Shown: positions 36,015 to 46,866, numbered from the stretch's first letter. The stretch: 64,000 nt of DNA from an uncultured Candidatus Saccharibacteria bacterium (GCA_964401135.1 CAYNXC010000001.1:2627-66626), one strand, 5' to 3'. Notes: a model not told the origin generated them from the letters alone. Numbers and translations are program-made.

Positions 36015-37748
36015 ATGGAACAGAACGAGGCGGTGATCCGCATCCGTCATTCGCTTGCACATCTTCTTGCAATGGCTGTCAAGGAGAGAGACCCGGGAGC
36101 CAAGCTCGGCATCGGACCCGTTATTGAGAGTGGCTTCTACTACGACTTTGAATTCTCAAAGGGGTACTCCCCTTCTCCGGAAGATCTGAAACAGTTTGAG
36201 ACTCGTATGCGTGAACTAGTGCAAGAGCACCTGCTCTTTACGGCTACCAGCGTAAGCGCAGACGAGGCACGGAGTACATTCAAGGATGAACCATACAAGC
36301 TAGAACTGATTGATGAATTGGTAGAGAAAGGGGAAGACCTGACTGTCTACACTTCCGGGACTTTTACTGATCTCTGCGCAGGACCTCATGTGAACAACAG
36401 CTCAGAGATTACTCCCGATGCATTTACTCTCACCCACACGGCTGGCGCTTACTGGCGAGGGAGCGAGAAGAATGCGATGCTCACACGCATCTATGGAGCA
36501 GCATTTACTACTACCGATGAGCTCGCCGAGTGGCAGCGCATCAAGGATGAGGCGGTACTCCGCGACCACCGTAAATTGGGACGAGAGCTGGGGCTCTTCG
36601 CCTTCTCTGACCTCGTCGGCTCCGGACTCCCACTCTTTACCCCCAAAGGCACCAAGATGCGCGACTTGATTGTTGAGAGAATCCAATCACTCCAAGAGGG
36701 TTATGGCTACGAGCGAGTCACCATCCCCCACATCACCAAGAAAGAGCTCTACGAGACGAGTGGCCACTGGGAGAAGTTTAAGGATGACCTCTTCCATGTA
36801 CACGGGCGCGGTGATACCGAGTTTGTGATGAAGCCAATGAACTGCCCTCACCACACACAGATTTTTGCTAGTACCCAACGGAGTTACCGCGATCTCCCCA
36901 TCCGCTATATGGAGACTACGATGGTCTACCGCGACGAGCAGCAAGGCGAGCTCTTGGGTCTCTCACGCGTCCGCGCCATCTCACAAGATGATGGGCATGT
37001 CTTCTGCCGCTTGGATCAGGTTGGCAACGAAGTTTCAAACATCATCAGGGTCATCAAATCTTTCTACACCGACCTGGGTATGTTTGCGGATGGTAAGTAC
37101 TGGGTCTCGCTCTCGGTACGCGACATGGCGCATACGGGAAAATATTTAGGAAACGATGCGCACTGGAAGGAGGCGGAGGGAGTTTTAGAAGAGTGCGCGA
37201 GAAAAGAAGGATTGGACTACAGACGAGTAGAGGGTGAGGCCGCCTTCTACGGGCCAAAGCTAGACTTTATGTTCAAAGATTCTCTGGGACGCGAGTGGCA
37301 ATTAGGGACCGTACAGGTTGACTTTGTGATGCCGGAGCGCTTTGGACTTGAGTACACCGGCGAAGATGGCAAAAAAGAGCAGCCAGTAATGATCCATCGC
37401 GCCATTGCGGGATCACTGGAGCGCTTTATGAGTATTATTATTGAACACTTTGCGGGAGCCTTCCCTGTGTGGCTCTCACCCGTGCAGGCAGTACTCCTGC
37501 CCGTAGGAGGTGCGCATAAGGAGTACGCGCGAGAAATACTGAGTGAGTTAAAGAAGCGAGGCGTCCGCGCCGAGCTTGATGAACGAGATGAGTCCCTTGG
37601 CAAGCGCATCCGTGACGCAAGAGTGGCAAAGACCCCCTACCTCCTCGTGGTGGGAGAAAAAGAAATCTCCTCCAATACCGTCACCGCCGAAGGCCGTGAA
37701 GGATCCCTTGGGTCTATGAATATTGAAGATTTTATTGAGAGACTCTAA
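36015..37748 (+). CDS. thrS: Threonyl-tRNA synthetase
   Basis: RHSLAH, DLCAGPH, RDHRKLG, KPMNCPHH, AFYGPKLD, IHRAIAGS. Confidence 0.97.
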   Translation: MEQNEAVIRIRHSLAHLLAMAVKERDPGAKLGIGPVIESGFYYDFEFSKGYSPSPEDLKQFETRMRELVQEHLLFTATSVSADEARSTFKDEPYKLELIDELVEKGEDLTVYTSGTFTDLCAGPHVNNSSEITPDAFTLTHTAGAYWRGSEKNAMLTRIYGAAFTTTDELAEWQRIKDEAVLRDHRKLGRELGLFAFSDLVGSGLPLFTPKGTKMRDLIVERIQSLQEGYGYERVTIPHITKKELYETSGHWEKFKDDLFHVHGRGDTEFVMKPMNCPHHTQIFASTQRSYRDLPIRYMETTMVYRDEQQGELLGLSRVRAISQDDGHVFCRLDQVGNEVSNIIRVIKSFYTDLGMFADGKYWVSLSVRDMAHTGKYLGNDAHWKEAEGVLEECARKEGLDYRRVEGEAAFYGPKLDFMFKDSLGREWQLGTVQVDFVMPERFGLEYTGEDGKKEQPVMIHRAIAGSLERFMSIIIEHFAGAFPVWLSPVQAVLLPVGGAHKEYAREILSELKKRGVRAELDERDESLGKRIRDARVAKTPYLLVVGEKEISSNTVTAEGREGSLGSMNIEDFIERL

Positions 37749-39808
37749 ATATCCAAGTTCGCTAGCTTAGCGTGGGTTTGGATGAAGTGTTTGCGTGTAG
37801 TCACATCACTTCCCATAAGGGCGTCAAAGGTATGATCTGCCTCCGCCGCATCGTGTATCGTTACCTGCTTCAAGATCCGCCGCTCCGGATCCATCGTCGT
37901 CTCCCAGAGTTCTTCAGGATTCATCTCTCCCAGGCCTTTGTAGCGCTGGATAGAGACTTTGGATTGCTTGCTCGCCGAAGCCCGACCTCCCGAAGGAAGT
38001 TGGACTCCCTCCTCTAGATCATCCTCTTCTCCCTCCTCTTCGGTCATATCGGGTATCGTATCTATACCAAGTCGTGCGAGTACCTTCTCTTTCTCCTCAT
38101 CACTAAATGCGTAGTGAGATTCTTTTCCGTGTTTGATTTTATAGAGCGGTGGTTGTGCAATATAGAGGTAGCCACCCTCAATCACCCGCACAAAGTGCCT
38201 AAAAAAGAGTGTAAGGAGGAGTGTACGGATATGCGCTCCATCTACATCTGCATCGGTAGCAATAATAATCTTGTGGTAACGCAATTTAGAGAGATCAAAA
38301 GCATCTCCAATAGCCGCGCCTAGCGCGATGATCAGGTACTTGATCTCTTGGAAGGCAAGCATCTTGTCTAAACGAGCTCGTTCTACATTTAAAATCTTTC
38401 CCTTCAGAGGCAATATCGCCTGCGTGCGGCGATCTCTCCCCTGTTTACCCGAGCCTCCTGCCGAGTCCCCTTCCACTATAAAGAGCTCTGCCTCTTCTGC
38501 ACTTTTAGTCTGGCAGTCTGCGAGCTTACCGGGAAGAGTCATTCCCTCCAGAGCGCCCTTGCGCAAGACACTATCTTTAGCCGCCTTAGCGGCTTTGCGT
38601 GCCTTCATAGCCAGAGCTACCTTCCCGATAATCATCTTAGCATCATCCGGCTTCTCTTCTAGGAAACTCTTAAAGGCTTCACCAAATACTGTCTCCACGG
38701 CACTGCGCGCCTCTACACTACCCAATTTTGCCTTAGTCTGTCCCTCAAACTGTGGATTAGGCAATTTGACCGAGATGACAGCAACGAGTCCCTCTCGCAC
38801 ATCATCTCCGGTGAAATTACTATCTGCATCTTTGACATTGCTGTTCTTTTTAGCGTAGTCGTTTAAGATGCGCGTGAGCGCCGTACGAAAGCCGGTGAGG
38901 TGCATACCGCCTTCCGGTGTACCGGTGTTGTTTGCAAAGCAGATCTCCTGTGCAGAGATTTCATCTACATATTGGAGTGCGACTTCTACCAGCACATGCT
39001 CCGCCTCTTTTTCAACATAAAAGATATTCTTGTGCATAGGCTTTTGCCCGTGGTTGTAGTGGGTGACGAGTGCTACGAGCCCTCCTTCAAAGTAGAATGA
39101 GTATGAGGGGAGCATAACGCCAAGTTCGGAGAGGAACAAAGTCTTTCTAGTATCCAAAGTCCCTTCGTAATCCCGTGCGTCAATCACACGAATACGAAGC
39201 TTCTTGGTGAGGTATGCTTGCTCGCGCATATGCGCAATCACTCGCTCGTAAGAATATTCTGTTTCAGAAAAAATCTCCCTATCTGCTTTGAAGGATACTA
39301 CCGTCCCATGATACTCAGAACTTGATACCTTCTTCACATTTGCTTTCTTTTTCCCTCGAGCATACTCTTGGTGGTACACCCCTCCGTCTCGGTGTACCAT
39401 CACCCATGTCCATTCTGAGAGAGCGTTCACCACTGAGGCACCCACGCCGTGCAATCCTCCAGAGATTTTGTAACCCTTACCCTCAAACTTACCTCCCGCA
39501 TGTAGGGTGGTCATGACCGTCTCAAGTGAAGAGACTTTGGTCTTGGGATGGATGTCTACAGGGATGCCACGGCCATTGTCCGCAACACGGATGACTCCGT
39601 CAGGCAGAAGCACTACTTCAATCTCATCAGCAAAGCCGCCCATGGCCTCATCGCGTCCATTATCAAAAATCTCCGTGAGCATGTGGTGGAGTCCATCAAT
39701 ACCCGTGGAGCCAATGTACATACCAGGGCGCTTCCTGACCGGTTCTAACCCCTCCAGGACAAGAATATCTTCTGCCCCGTAGCCTCTTGAATCTCCTTTT
39801 TTAGCCAT
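37745..39808 (-). CDS. gyrB: DNA gyrase subunit B
   Basis: VRKRPGMYIG, GGLHGVG, VEGDSAGG, PLKGKILN, DADVDG, RYKGLGEM. Confidence 0.96.
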   Translation of the reverse strand: MAKKGDSRGYGAEDILVLEGLEPVRKRPGMYIGSTGIDGLHHMLTEIFDNGRDEAMGGFADEIEVVLLPDGVIRVADNGRGIPVDIHPKTKVSSLETVMTTLHAGGKFEGKGYKISGGLHGVGASVVNALSEWTWVMVHRDGGVYHQEYARGKKKANVKKVSSSEYHGTVVSFKADREIFSETEYSYERVIAHMREQAYLTKKLRIRVIDARDYEGTLDTRKTLFLSELGVMLPSYSFYFEGGLVALVTHYNHGQKPMHKNIFYVEKEAEHVLVEVALQYVDEISAQEICFANNTGTPEGGMHLTGFRTALTRILNDYAKKNSNVKDADSNFTGDDVREGLVAVISVKLPNPQFEGQTKAKLGSVEARSAVETVFGEAFKSFLEEKPDDAKMIIGKVALAMKARKAAKAAKDSVLRKGALEGMTLPGKLADCQTKSAEEAELFIVEGDSAGGSGKQGRDRRTQAILPLKGKILNVERARLDKMLAFQEIKYLIIALGAAIGDAFDLSKLRYHKIIIATDADVDGAHIRTLLLTLFFRHFVRVIEGGYLYIAQPPLYKIKHGKESHYAFSDEEKEKVLARLGIDTIPDMTEEEGEEDDLEEGVQLPSGGRASASKQSKVSIQRYKGLGEMNPEELWETTMDPERRILKQVTIHDAAEADHTFDALMGSDVTTRKHFIQTHAKLANLDI

Positions 39809-39860
39809 ATCGTGCAATAAAAAATACCGCCAAGTATCCCTCTAGTATAGCACATACCGC

Positions 39861-41135
39861 CTATTTCCGCACCTCCCAGTTGGGGTGTTTTTCAAGGCTT
39901 GAGGTGACATCGAGCAGGACATCATTTACCTCTGCGTCAGTGAGTGACTTTTCGTGAGATTGGAAGACTATACGGAAGGCAAGCGATGTGCGTTCCTCGC
40001 CTTCTTTACTAAACTCATCAAACTTTGCCGGCCCCTCCACGAGGAGCGGCCCGGCAGATTCTTTAATGGCTATTGCTACCTCCTCTCCTGATACTCCCTT
40101 CGGTACAAAGAGCGCAATGTCACGGATGATGCGGGGGAAGAGTGAAAAAGGTTTGAACACTGCCTCCGGATGGAGAAGCGAGCTCGGATCCACATCAGGG
40201 AGTGTATCAAGCATAGGGAGAAGTTTTGCTAATGGGATTTCTATCCACTCTCTCATTGCATCGCTCTCTAAAAATTCACTGAAATTACGGAGCCATCCCG
40301 GTAAAGTCTCCTTCTTGTACTTCGCCTTCGTATAGGCAATCCCCACAGCAAGTCGCAGCTCTTCTCGGTCTGTAGAAAAAACTGTTCCAATTTCAAACAG
40401 CTGTACCGCCTCCTTCTCAAACATGGAATATTGTAGGTTGCGCGAAAGCGCCTCGGTGAGAGCATCACTCAAGTTTGCCCGCAGAAAGGACTTATGGTTC
40501 GCCAAAGATTTTTCTACCTCACGATTGCCAGTAGCGCTAAACGAGTAGCTATAAATTTCTGTATACCCAAGGGTGGCAAGAGTGTGTCGCACTTTATGTG
40601 CCGCCTCGTACATCCGATTGGGTGCTGTTGCAGTGAGTGCTGTAAGTGGAACAGGAGGGATGTTCCCTACCCCAACGAGGCGCATCACCTCATCCGCGAG
40701 ATCCTCCACACAATTCACATCAGCGCGGTCGTGAGGGATGTATGCGAAGCTCTTCTTCTCATAGCCACGGAGTCCAATACGCACTCGCGCGAGGTACTGA
40801 GTGAGCTCTTGATTACTCAGTGATAATCCGAGAATCTCGTTTAGTTTTTCTGGGGTGAATTCAATAGTCATACGCGCGCGCTGTTCATCAGTAACAACGA
40901 CAAGTCCCTCTTTCATTGTCCAGCCCATAAGCGCAGAGAGTTCTCGAGCAAAACCCTCCGGAGTTTTGGCATCACTCCTGTCAGGTAATATTTTGACCTC
41001 TACAATCCAATCATCTCCTGTCTGCTCTACCGACTCGACTTCGCAGAAAGAATCAGTAAGTATCGGCACCGCACTATCTGGAGCAGGGAGAGGCTCTGTA
41101 AAATACTGATTCAACTCATTCCACGATATACGCAT
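39861..41135 (-). CDS. pheT: Phenylalanyl-tRNA synthetase beta subunit (reduced)
   Basis: PDRSD, B5 RADVNCVEDLADEVMR, LFEIGTVF, FDX-ACB RDIA...SLAFR; only 424 aa. Confidence 0.88.
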   Translation of the reverse strand: MRISWNELNQYFTEPLPAPDSAVPILTDSFCEVESVEQTGDDWIVEVKILPDRSDAKTPEGFARELSALMGWTMKEGLVVVTDEQRARMTIEFTPEKLNEILGLSLSNQELTQYLARVRIGLRGYEKKSFAYIPHDRADVNCVEDLADEVMRLVGVGNIPPVPLTALTATAPNRMYEAAHKVRHTLATLGYTEIYSYSFSATGNREVEKSLANHKSFLRANLSDALTEALSRNLQYSMFEKEAVQLFEIGTVFSTDREELRLAVGIAYTKAKYKKETLPGWLRNFSEFLESDAMREWIEIPLAKLLPMLDTLPDVDPSSLLHPEAVFKPFSLFPRIIRDIALFVPKGVSGEEVAIAIKESAGPLLVEGPAKFDEFSKEGEERTSLAFRIVFQSHEKSLTDAEVNDVLLDVTSSLEKHPNWEVRK

Positions 41136-41136
41136 G

Positions 41137-41850
41137 TTAAAATTGTCTTAGAAAGCGGGTATCGCCCGAGTAGAAGAGACGGATATCGTTAATACCATAT
41201 TTAATCATGGCGATGCGATCCAGTCCTGTGCCAAAAGCAAGCCCACGCCATCGCCCAGGGTCGCGACCAGCTGCTGTAAACACGTTAGGGTGGAGCATCC
41301 CCGCTCCCACTACCTCTAGCCACTTACCTCCCCACTTAATATCAAGTTCCACTCCCGGCTCAACGAAGGAAAAAAAACTTCTCCTCCAGCGGAACTCTAG
41401 ATCGGCTCCAAAAATATGACGATAAAATCCTTCTAAAAGCGACTTGAGATGGCCTAGATGCACATCCTCGGCAACCACGAGTCCGTCAATTTGGTAAAAC
41501 TGCGCCTCGTGCGTTGCGTCAGTCGCCTCGTTACGAAAGACGCGCCCCGGCACCATGATCCGGAACGGCGGCTCGTGCTCTTCAAGAAAGTGGGCATCTA
41601 CTGATGTGGTGTGAGTACGCAAGAGAGGTCTCCCATACTTTGCCAAGGCTACGGAGGGTAAGCTTTTCAGATAAAAAGTGTCTTGCATCGCACGGGCAGG
41701 GTGATCTGCTGGAATGTTGAGCGCATCAAAATTGTAGTGCTCACTCTCAATCTCTGGACCCTCTACGATTGTAAAACCAAGGTCTTTAAAGTAACGCCCT
41801 GCGGTGTATATAATCTGTGAGAGCGGATGGAGATGGCCAACCTTCTTCAT
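41137..41850 (-). CDS. pheS: Phenylalanyl-tRNA synthetase alpha subunit (catalytic core only)
   Basis: GHLHPL, HPARAMQDTFY, LRTHT, FFSFVEP, AFGTGLDR. Confidence 0.95.
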   Translation of the reverse strand: MKKVGHLHPLSQIIYTAGRYFKDLGFTIVEGPEIESEHYNFDALNIPADHPARAMQDTFYLKSLPSVALAKYGRPLLRTHTTSVDAHFLEEHEPPFRIMVPGRVFRNEATDATHEAQFYQIDGLVVAEDVHLGHLKSLLEGFYRHIFGADLEFRWRRSFFSFVEPGVELDIKWGGKWLEVVGAGMLHPNVFTAAGRDPGRWRGLAFGTGLDRIAMIKYGINDIRLFYSGDTRFLRQF

Positions 41851-41891
41851 GATGGAGCTATTATAGGATGAAGTGAGTCGCATTGAAAGTG

Positions 41892-41964
41892 AGCCACCTC
41901 TCGGATTTGAACCGAGGACCTACTGTTTACAAAACAGTTGCTCTACCGACTGAGCTAAGGTGGC
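41892..41964 (-). tRNA. tRNA-Thr (TGT)
   Basis: Reverse complement GCCACCTTAGCTCAGTCGGTAGAGCAACTGTTTTGTAAACAGTAGGTCCTCGGTTCAAATCCGAGAGGTGGCT; CCA not encoded. Confidence 0.96.
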
Positions 41965-41970
41965 AAAGTA

Positions 41971-42366
41971 TTACTGATCCGCGGGGAGCTCTAAGCCATC
42001 TTTATGTTCTTTCAACTCCCCAAGAAACTTGGAGGGTAACACGGCGGTATTCTCTACCCCCTTTCCTCGCACCATATTCATGAGTGCAATAAAGCGTTGC
42101 TCCAAGGAACCTGTGCTGTTCCTGAGTTTAACATAGACCCACTTCAGCACAACAAGGATGGCACTGCGAGTACGAGAGAGAGAGGTGGAGACGATATTTC
42201 GTAAATACTCCTCGTAGAGATCGAGTGCTTTTGCCTTGAGTTCTCGTCGTACAAAGAAGTTGTGCTGAGCAAGTACGGCTCCTCGCCGCAGAGACATGAG
42301 ACGGGCTCCCCACACGGTGAATGCAGCACATCCTGCTATAAACGCAATGGTGAGGTACCACAACAT
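41971..42366 (-). CDS. Hypothetical membrane-anchored protein
   Basis: N-terminal TM helix; fills the gap between tsf and the tRNA. Confidence 0.7.
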   Translation of the reverse strand: MLWYLTIAFIAGCAAFTVWGARLMSLRRGAVLAQHNFFVRRELKAKALDLYEEYLRNIVSTSLSRTRSAILVVLKWVYVKLRNSTGSLEQRFIALMNMVRGKGVENTAVLPSKFLGELKEHKDGLELPADQ

Positions 42367-42379
42367 AAAATAAAATACA

Positions 42380-42838
42380 TCAATTTCCTAGAAGCGTGAA
42401 GCGGACAAAACGAGCAAGTGTGATGTTCTCCCCAAACTTTTGGATATAGGATTTAATAAGCGCATCTATAGTAAGCGATGCATCTTTAATAAAAGGCTGT
42501 ACAAGGAGCTCTGTTTGGTCTACTGGGGCAGAGGCAGTAATGTGCATGGCAATATCGCGAGCAAGAGTGACAAACTCTGGATTCTTGGCAACAAAGTCAG
42601 TCTCACAGTTGAGCTCCACCATTGCTCCTAAGGTACCCGTCGCATGGACATAGGCGCTCACTACTCCTGCCTTCACTTCACGCGATGACTTTTTTTCCGC
42701 AATGGTCTCACTCTGCTCTCGTAGAGCTGCTAAGGCCTTTGCTTTATCACCCCCAGAGTCCTCTAACGCTTTTTTGCACTGGGCAAATGAGATACCTGTC
42801 TCTTCTCGCAATTCTTTTATATCACTTGTGGAGATCAT
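42380..42838 (-). CDS. tsf: Elongation factor Ts (short form)
   Basis: LREETG...CKKAL, ELNCETDFVA, FGENI. Confidence 0.95.
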   Translation of the reverse strand: MISTSDIKELREETGISFAQCKKALEDSGGDKAKALAALREQSETIAEKKSSREVKAGVVSAYVHATGTLGAMVELNCETDFVAKNPEFVTLARDIAMHITASAPVDQTELLVQPFIKDASLTIDALIKSYIQKFGENITLARFVRFTLLGN

Positions 42839-43560
42839 GCATTCTCTAAAGGAGTACTGACGATACTCTTTTTCCCATCAAGGTAGGCATGCGCAACGAG
42901 GTGACTAATATAATCAATTGTCTCGCGTGAGGCATCATTCGCCACAATTGGGTACTGCACCTTAGTAATGTCGCAATCAACACTCGAGATACTCATAACT
43001 GGGATCTTGAGATCGCTTGCCTCTTTTACCGAGATTGCTTCGTGCTCAGAGTCAACAACAAAGAGAACATGGGGAAGTCTTTCCATCCGATCAATGCCTG
43101 CAAAGTAGCGCTCTAATTTTGCGATCTCCTTATCAATGGTACCGCGCTCTTTCTTAGTGTAGACCGAGAGCTCGCCTTTTTCACGCTTGTCTTTCAGATC
43201 ACGCATACGAGCAACACGCTTTTTCATCTCACTCCAGTTGGTGAGTGTGCCGCCAAGCCAGCGCTCGGTTACATATGGCATACCAGTCATATCTGCCACA
43301 ACCTGCATAGGTCGCTCTGCCTCCAGCTTATTACCCACAAAGAGAATAGTTCTACCCTCTGCACCAAGCTTCTTAACAAAGGCGAGTGCCGCATCCAATT
43401 GCTCTGCTGTCTTCTCAAGATCGATAATTTGGACTCGGTTCTTAACCCCAAAGATATAAGGCTTAACTGATGGGTGCCTCCGGCTCCGCGAGTACCCAAA
43501 ATGGGCCCCGGTCTTAAAGAGATCCTCCACTGCGGTCAGTACTTCTTTATTGGTATTCAT
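42835..43560 (-). CDS. rpsB: 30S ribosomal protein S2
   Basis: GAHFG, IIDL, RWLGGTLTN, ANDAS. Confidence 0.96.
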   Translation of the reverse strand: MNTNKEVLTAVEDLFKTGAHFGYSRSRRHPSVKPYIFGVKNRVQIIDLEKTAEQLDAALAFVKKLGAEGRTILFVGNKLEAERPMQVVADMTGMPYVTERWLGGTLTNWSEMKKRVARMRDLKDKREKGELSVYTKKERGTIDKEIAKLERYFAGIDRMERLPHVLFVVDSEHEAISVKEASDLKIPVMSISSVDCDITKVQYPIVANDASRETIDYISHLVAHAYLDGKKSIVSTPLENA

Positions 43561-43611
43561 TTTTGCACCAGCAGATTAGCACAAAGCTCAGTCTGTTGCA
43601 AGATTTATCTC

Positions 43612-45570
43612 TCACTGAGGCATGGATTTATTCCCAGTATTCGTATTATCGACCCTGAAGTAATATACATATGGGTCACAGACTTTGCTATTTACACTTT
43701 TATTTAAGTTAAAACTTTGAGTAGAAGATTGTGTATTACTATTAGTCAATTTTAGCCGGAGAGATACTTGTCTTGATTTGTCTGTCGAAGTCCACTCACC
43801 GACTTCCCAAGTTTGACCGCCGTCAGAACTGAACTCTCCAATAAGTCCTACTGTTGTATTTGATGTATTTGATACGTCTAACTTTACCCCAGTACGATTT
43901 GTAGAGATACTATAAGTAGGGCTCCCCACGAGAGTTGCGGAGGCGGTGTTTATCGTAATTATAGGATGGACTTCGCTGCAAGGCACTGAACTTCCTTGAC
44001 TATTCATTTTTGTGCAACTAACAACCGCTTCTCTACATACATCTGTAGTCACAGTATTTTGTATAAACCGTGCAGTCACAGTCTTTGATTTATCCATTGG
44101 AATATCTGAGCAGGTGCTTCTATTTTCAGTCCCTCCTGCTTGGGTACATGTAGATGCCCAACCGTCAAAGGTTGATTTGGAATCCGCTGTGGCGGTAAGC
44201 GTCACTTTGGTTACGGGTGAGAGCTTAAAGAAGGATCCTGAACAATTTGTTCCACAGTTGATACCGGAGCCGCTGACAGTTCCAGATCCGTCCCCTTTCT
44301 TATCCACAGTAAGTGTTACGAGTGATACTCCCCTCAAATCAAACCGTGCAGTCACAGTCTTTGATTTATCCATTGGAATATCTGAGCAGGTGCTTCTATT
44401 TTCAGTCCCTCCTGCTTGGGTACATGTAGATGCCCAACCGTCAAAGGTTGATTTGGAATCCGCTGTGGCGGTAAGCGTCACTTTGGTCGCTGGTGAGGTG
44501 ATGGTAAAGGATTCTGAACAATTTTTTCCACAATTGATACGGGAGCCGCTGACAGTTCCCTTTCCTCTCCCATCTGTATCAACAGTAAGAGTTGCAGATG
44601 CTGATGCCTTTTTACTGAACTTTGCTGCTACGATCTTTGACTCATTCATCAGAATATCTGAGCAGGTGGTTCCTATTTCAGTCCCTCTTGCTTGGGTACA
44701 TGTAGATGTATTACTAGAAAATACCCATCCGTCAAAGGTTGATCCGGGATCCGCTGTGGCGGTAAGCGTCACTTGGGTTACGGGTGAGATAGGGAAGGAT
44801 TCTGAACAATCTGTTCCACAATTGATACCGGTGCCGCTGACAGTTCCCTTTCCGGATCCCGATACAAGAGTATTAAGCTGTATCGCAGGTGTTACTGTTC
44901 TGGTAGTCACCATACACACACCCGGACATCCGCCATTTACTGATGCGGCTTGAGCAGTGGTGAGCGAGTCAAACTTAATCCATCCAAGGTTTAATGCCCC
45001 CCAAGCAAAACCACGGAGCGCAGAGATAGTTAGCGTGCCAGAGCTAGAGAGAGCACTCTTAGTAATCCCATATCCTGGGTTACCCCTTAGCGAAATCCAC
45101 CCATCCCATCCGCCTAGTTCAACCCCATCAACCACCTTAACCTCAGAATCCTTTAAAGATCCGGAGCATCCATTTTTATATACTTCACACGCGCGAGCCC
45201 ATCCATAGATTTGATTATTTGAATTTAGGACTGCATCACTTCGAGTATTACCAGTTGCTATTGGAAATATGCCCCCATCGCTCCCACTTGGATCGAGCCC
45301 ACCGAATCTTATCCATCCGATAGAAGGGCTCCATGCGTAGCCTAACATATCCCCTGTGTTACTGATTGATACTCCATAATCCACTCCGGAACACGAACCG
45401 GGCACCGTTGGGTTGGAACAATTATTAAAACTGATCCATCCGATGTTTGAACTCCATGCCCAGCCGTAGACATTATGTTTTGTCCCTGCAAGAGCTGGTG
45501 TCGCGACCAGGAAGCTACTGATAAATGCTATGGATAATAGAGAGAGAAGCGCATGATGTTTCCTTATCAT
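43612..45570 (-). CDS. Secreted surface protein with GWAWS-type N-terminal repeats and three InlB-B/Flg_new-like repeat domains
   Basis: Signal peptide; GWAWSSNIGWISF and GYAWSPSIGWI; 3x GxGTVSGxxINCGxxCS...VTLTATA...FDGW. Confidence 0.8.
   Translation of the reverse strand: MIRKHHALLSLLSIAFISSFLVATPALAGTKHNVYGWAWSSNIGWISFNNCSNPTVPGSCSGVDYGVSISNTGDMLGYAWSPSIGWIRFGGLDPSGSDGGIFPIATGNTRSDAVLNSNNQIYGWARACEVYKNGCSGSLKDSEVKVVDGVELGGWDGWISLRGNPGYGITKSALSSSGTLTISALRGFAWGALNLGWIKFDSLTTAQAASVNGGCPGVCMVTTRTVTPAIQLNTLVSGSGKGTVSGTGINCGTDCSESFPISPVTQVTLTATADPGSTFDGWVFSSNTSTCTQARGTEIGTTCSDILMNESKIVAAKFSKKASASATLTVDTDGRGKGTVSGSRINCGKNCSESFTITSPATKVTLTATADSKSTFDGWASTCTQAGGTENRSTCSDIPMDKSKTVTARFDLRGVSLVTLTVDKKGDGSGTVSGSGINCGTNCSGSFFKLSPVTKVTLTATADSKSTFDGWASTCTQAGGTENRSTCSDIPMDKSKTVTARFIQNTVTTDVCREAVVSCTKMNSQGSSVPCSEVHPIITINTASATLVGSPTYSISTNRTGVKLDVSNTSNTTVGLIGEFSSDGGQTWEVGEWTSTDKSRQVSLRLKLTNSNTQSSTQSFNLNKSVNSKVCDPYVYYFRVDNTNTGNKSMPQ
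44065..44870. repeat. Intragenic tandem repeat, about 276-bp period, 3 copies
   Basis: 44065-44211 is identical to 44341-44487; third copy is diverged. Confidence 0.9.
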
Positions 45571-45606
45571 CATCACATCATACCACTTTTGAAGATATTA
45601 GAAGGC

Positions 45607-46578
45607 TTACTTATCCACATGGGTGTCGCCCGCAGCCGCAAGACGGAGCGCTTCTACAACGGGCTCAAGCCCCCCAGCAAGTATCTTCTCAATATTATGC
45701 CAAGATTGTTTGATGCGATGGTCAGTGATGCGATCTTGGAGTACATTGTAGGTCCGTATCTTCTCTGACCTATCTCCGGTACCTATTTGATTACGCCGCT
45801 CCTCCGCGGCATTTTTTGCCCATGACTCTTCTTCTTGTGCTTTAATCTTTGCAGAAAGGATGAGCATAGCCTTCTCGCGATTACTCTTCTGGCTCCGTTC
45901 ACTCTGACAACGCACAACAATCCCCGTCGGCTTGTGTGTGAGGCGCACTGCTGTCTCCACCTTATTCACATTCTGCCCGCCAGCGCCTCCAGAACGGGTG
46001 AATTCAATTTCAATATCCTCTGGCTTTATGTCTGTCCTTTCCCCCTCTCGGGCTAACGGCAAGATTGCCACAGATGCAGTAGAAGTATGGATTCTCCCCT
46101 GCTTTTCTGTTGCGGGGATGCGCTGGATCCTATGCACCCCCATCTCGTAGCGGAGATCATCGTATGCACCATTGCCCTTTATCTCAAAGACTGCCTCTTT
46201 ATAGCCACCCATCTCTGCGAACGATTCATCAATCGTGTTCACACGGTAGCCGCGCACAACAGCAAATTTTTGATACATCTCTGCAAGCTCTTGTGCAAAG
46301 AGGGCCGCCTCCTCTCCGCCAGCACCCGCACGCACTTCTAAGATGAGGCCACCTGCTTGCGCTCCTTCACCATCTTCAGGAGCGGTAATTTCTTGCATAT
46401 GTTTATATAGCTCTTCCTGTTCGGCGCGCATACTCTTGATCTCATCGTCTGCCATCTCACGGAGATTTGCATCACTATCTGCAACGCGCGTGAGTTCTGC
46501 GATCTTTGCTTCCAGCTCATCAAAACGCACAGCCAAGTACGCCGTCTTTGCATCACTTCGAAAAATTGAAACATCCAT
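45607..46578 (-). CDS. prfA: Peptide chain release factor 1
   Basis: [14 protein letters not shown] (PxT), [16 protein letters not shown]. Confidence 0.94.
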   Translation of the reverse strand: MDVSIFRSDAKTAYLAVRFDELEAKIAELTRVADSDANLREMADDEIKSMRAEQEELYKHMQEITAPEDGEGAQAGGLILEVRAGAGGEEAALFAQELAEMYQKFAVVRGYRVNTIDESFAEMGGYKEAVFEIKGNGAYDDLRYEMGVHRIQRIPATEKQGRIHTSTASVAILPLAREGERTDIKPEDIEIEFTRSGGAGGQNVNKVETAVRLTHKPTGIVVRCQSERSQKSNREKAMLILSAKIKAQEEESWAKNAAEERRNQIGTGDRSEKIRTYNVLQDRITDHRIKQSWHNIEKILAGGLEPVVEALRLAAAGDTHVDK

Positions 46579-46602
46579 AGGCAAAAGATGAGAATCTGCC
46601 CC

Positions 46603-46866
46603 CTATTCTGCCGAGGTCTTAGTCTTTCTGGGAGTACGAGGAGAGGCCTTAGCGGCACGAGCCTGCCCAGCAGCAAGGCGAGCACGGAATTTTTCTACGC
46701 GGCCAGCAGTGTCCATCACCTTCTCACTGCCAGTGAAGAAGGGGTGACAGGCACTGCAGATTTCCACTTTTATCTCAGGTTTAGTGGATCCTACGGTAAA
46801 GGTATTACCGCAAGAACAGGTCACTTTCGCGTCAGTATGGTAGTCTGGATGAATTTCTTTTTTCAC
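46603..46866 (-). CDS. rpmE: 50S ribosomal protein L31
   Basis: [22 protein letters not shown]; GTG start 7 nt after TATGCT. Confidence 0.95.
   Translation of the reverse strand: MKKEIHPDYHTDAKVTCSCGNTFTVGSTKPEIKVEICSACHPFFTGSEKVMDTAGRVEKFRARLAAGQARAAKASPRTPRKTKTSAE

Noticed and set aside
44012-44953. 313-aa plus-strand ORF with repeats
   Set aside because: Antisense shadow of the repeat-containing secreted protein, which has a signal peptide and recognisable domains
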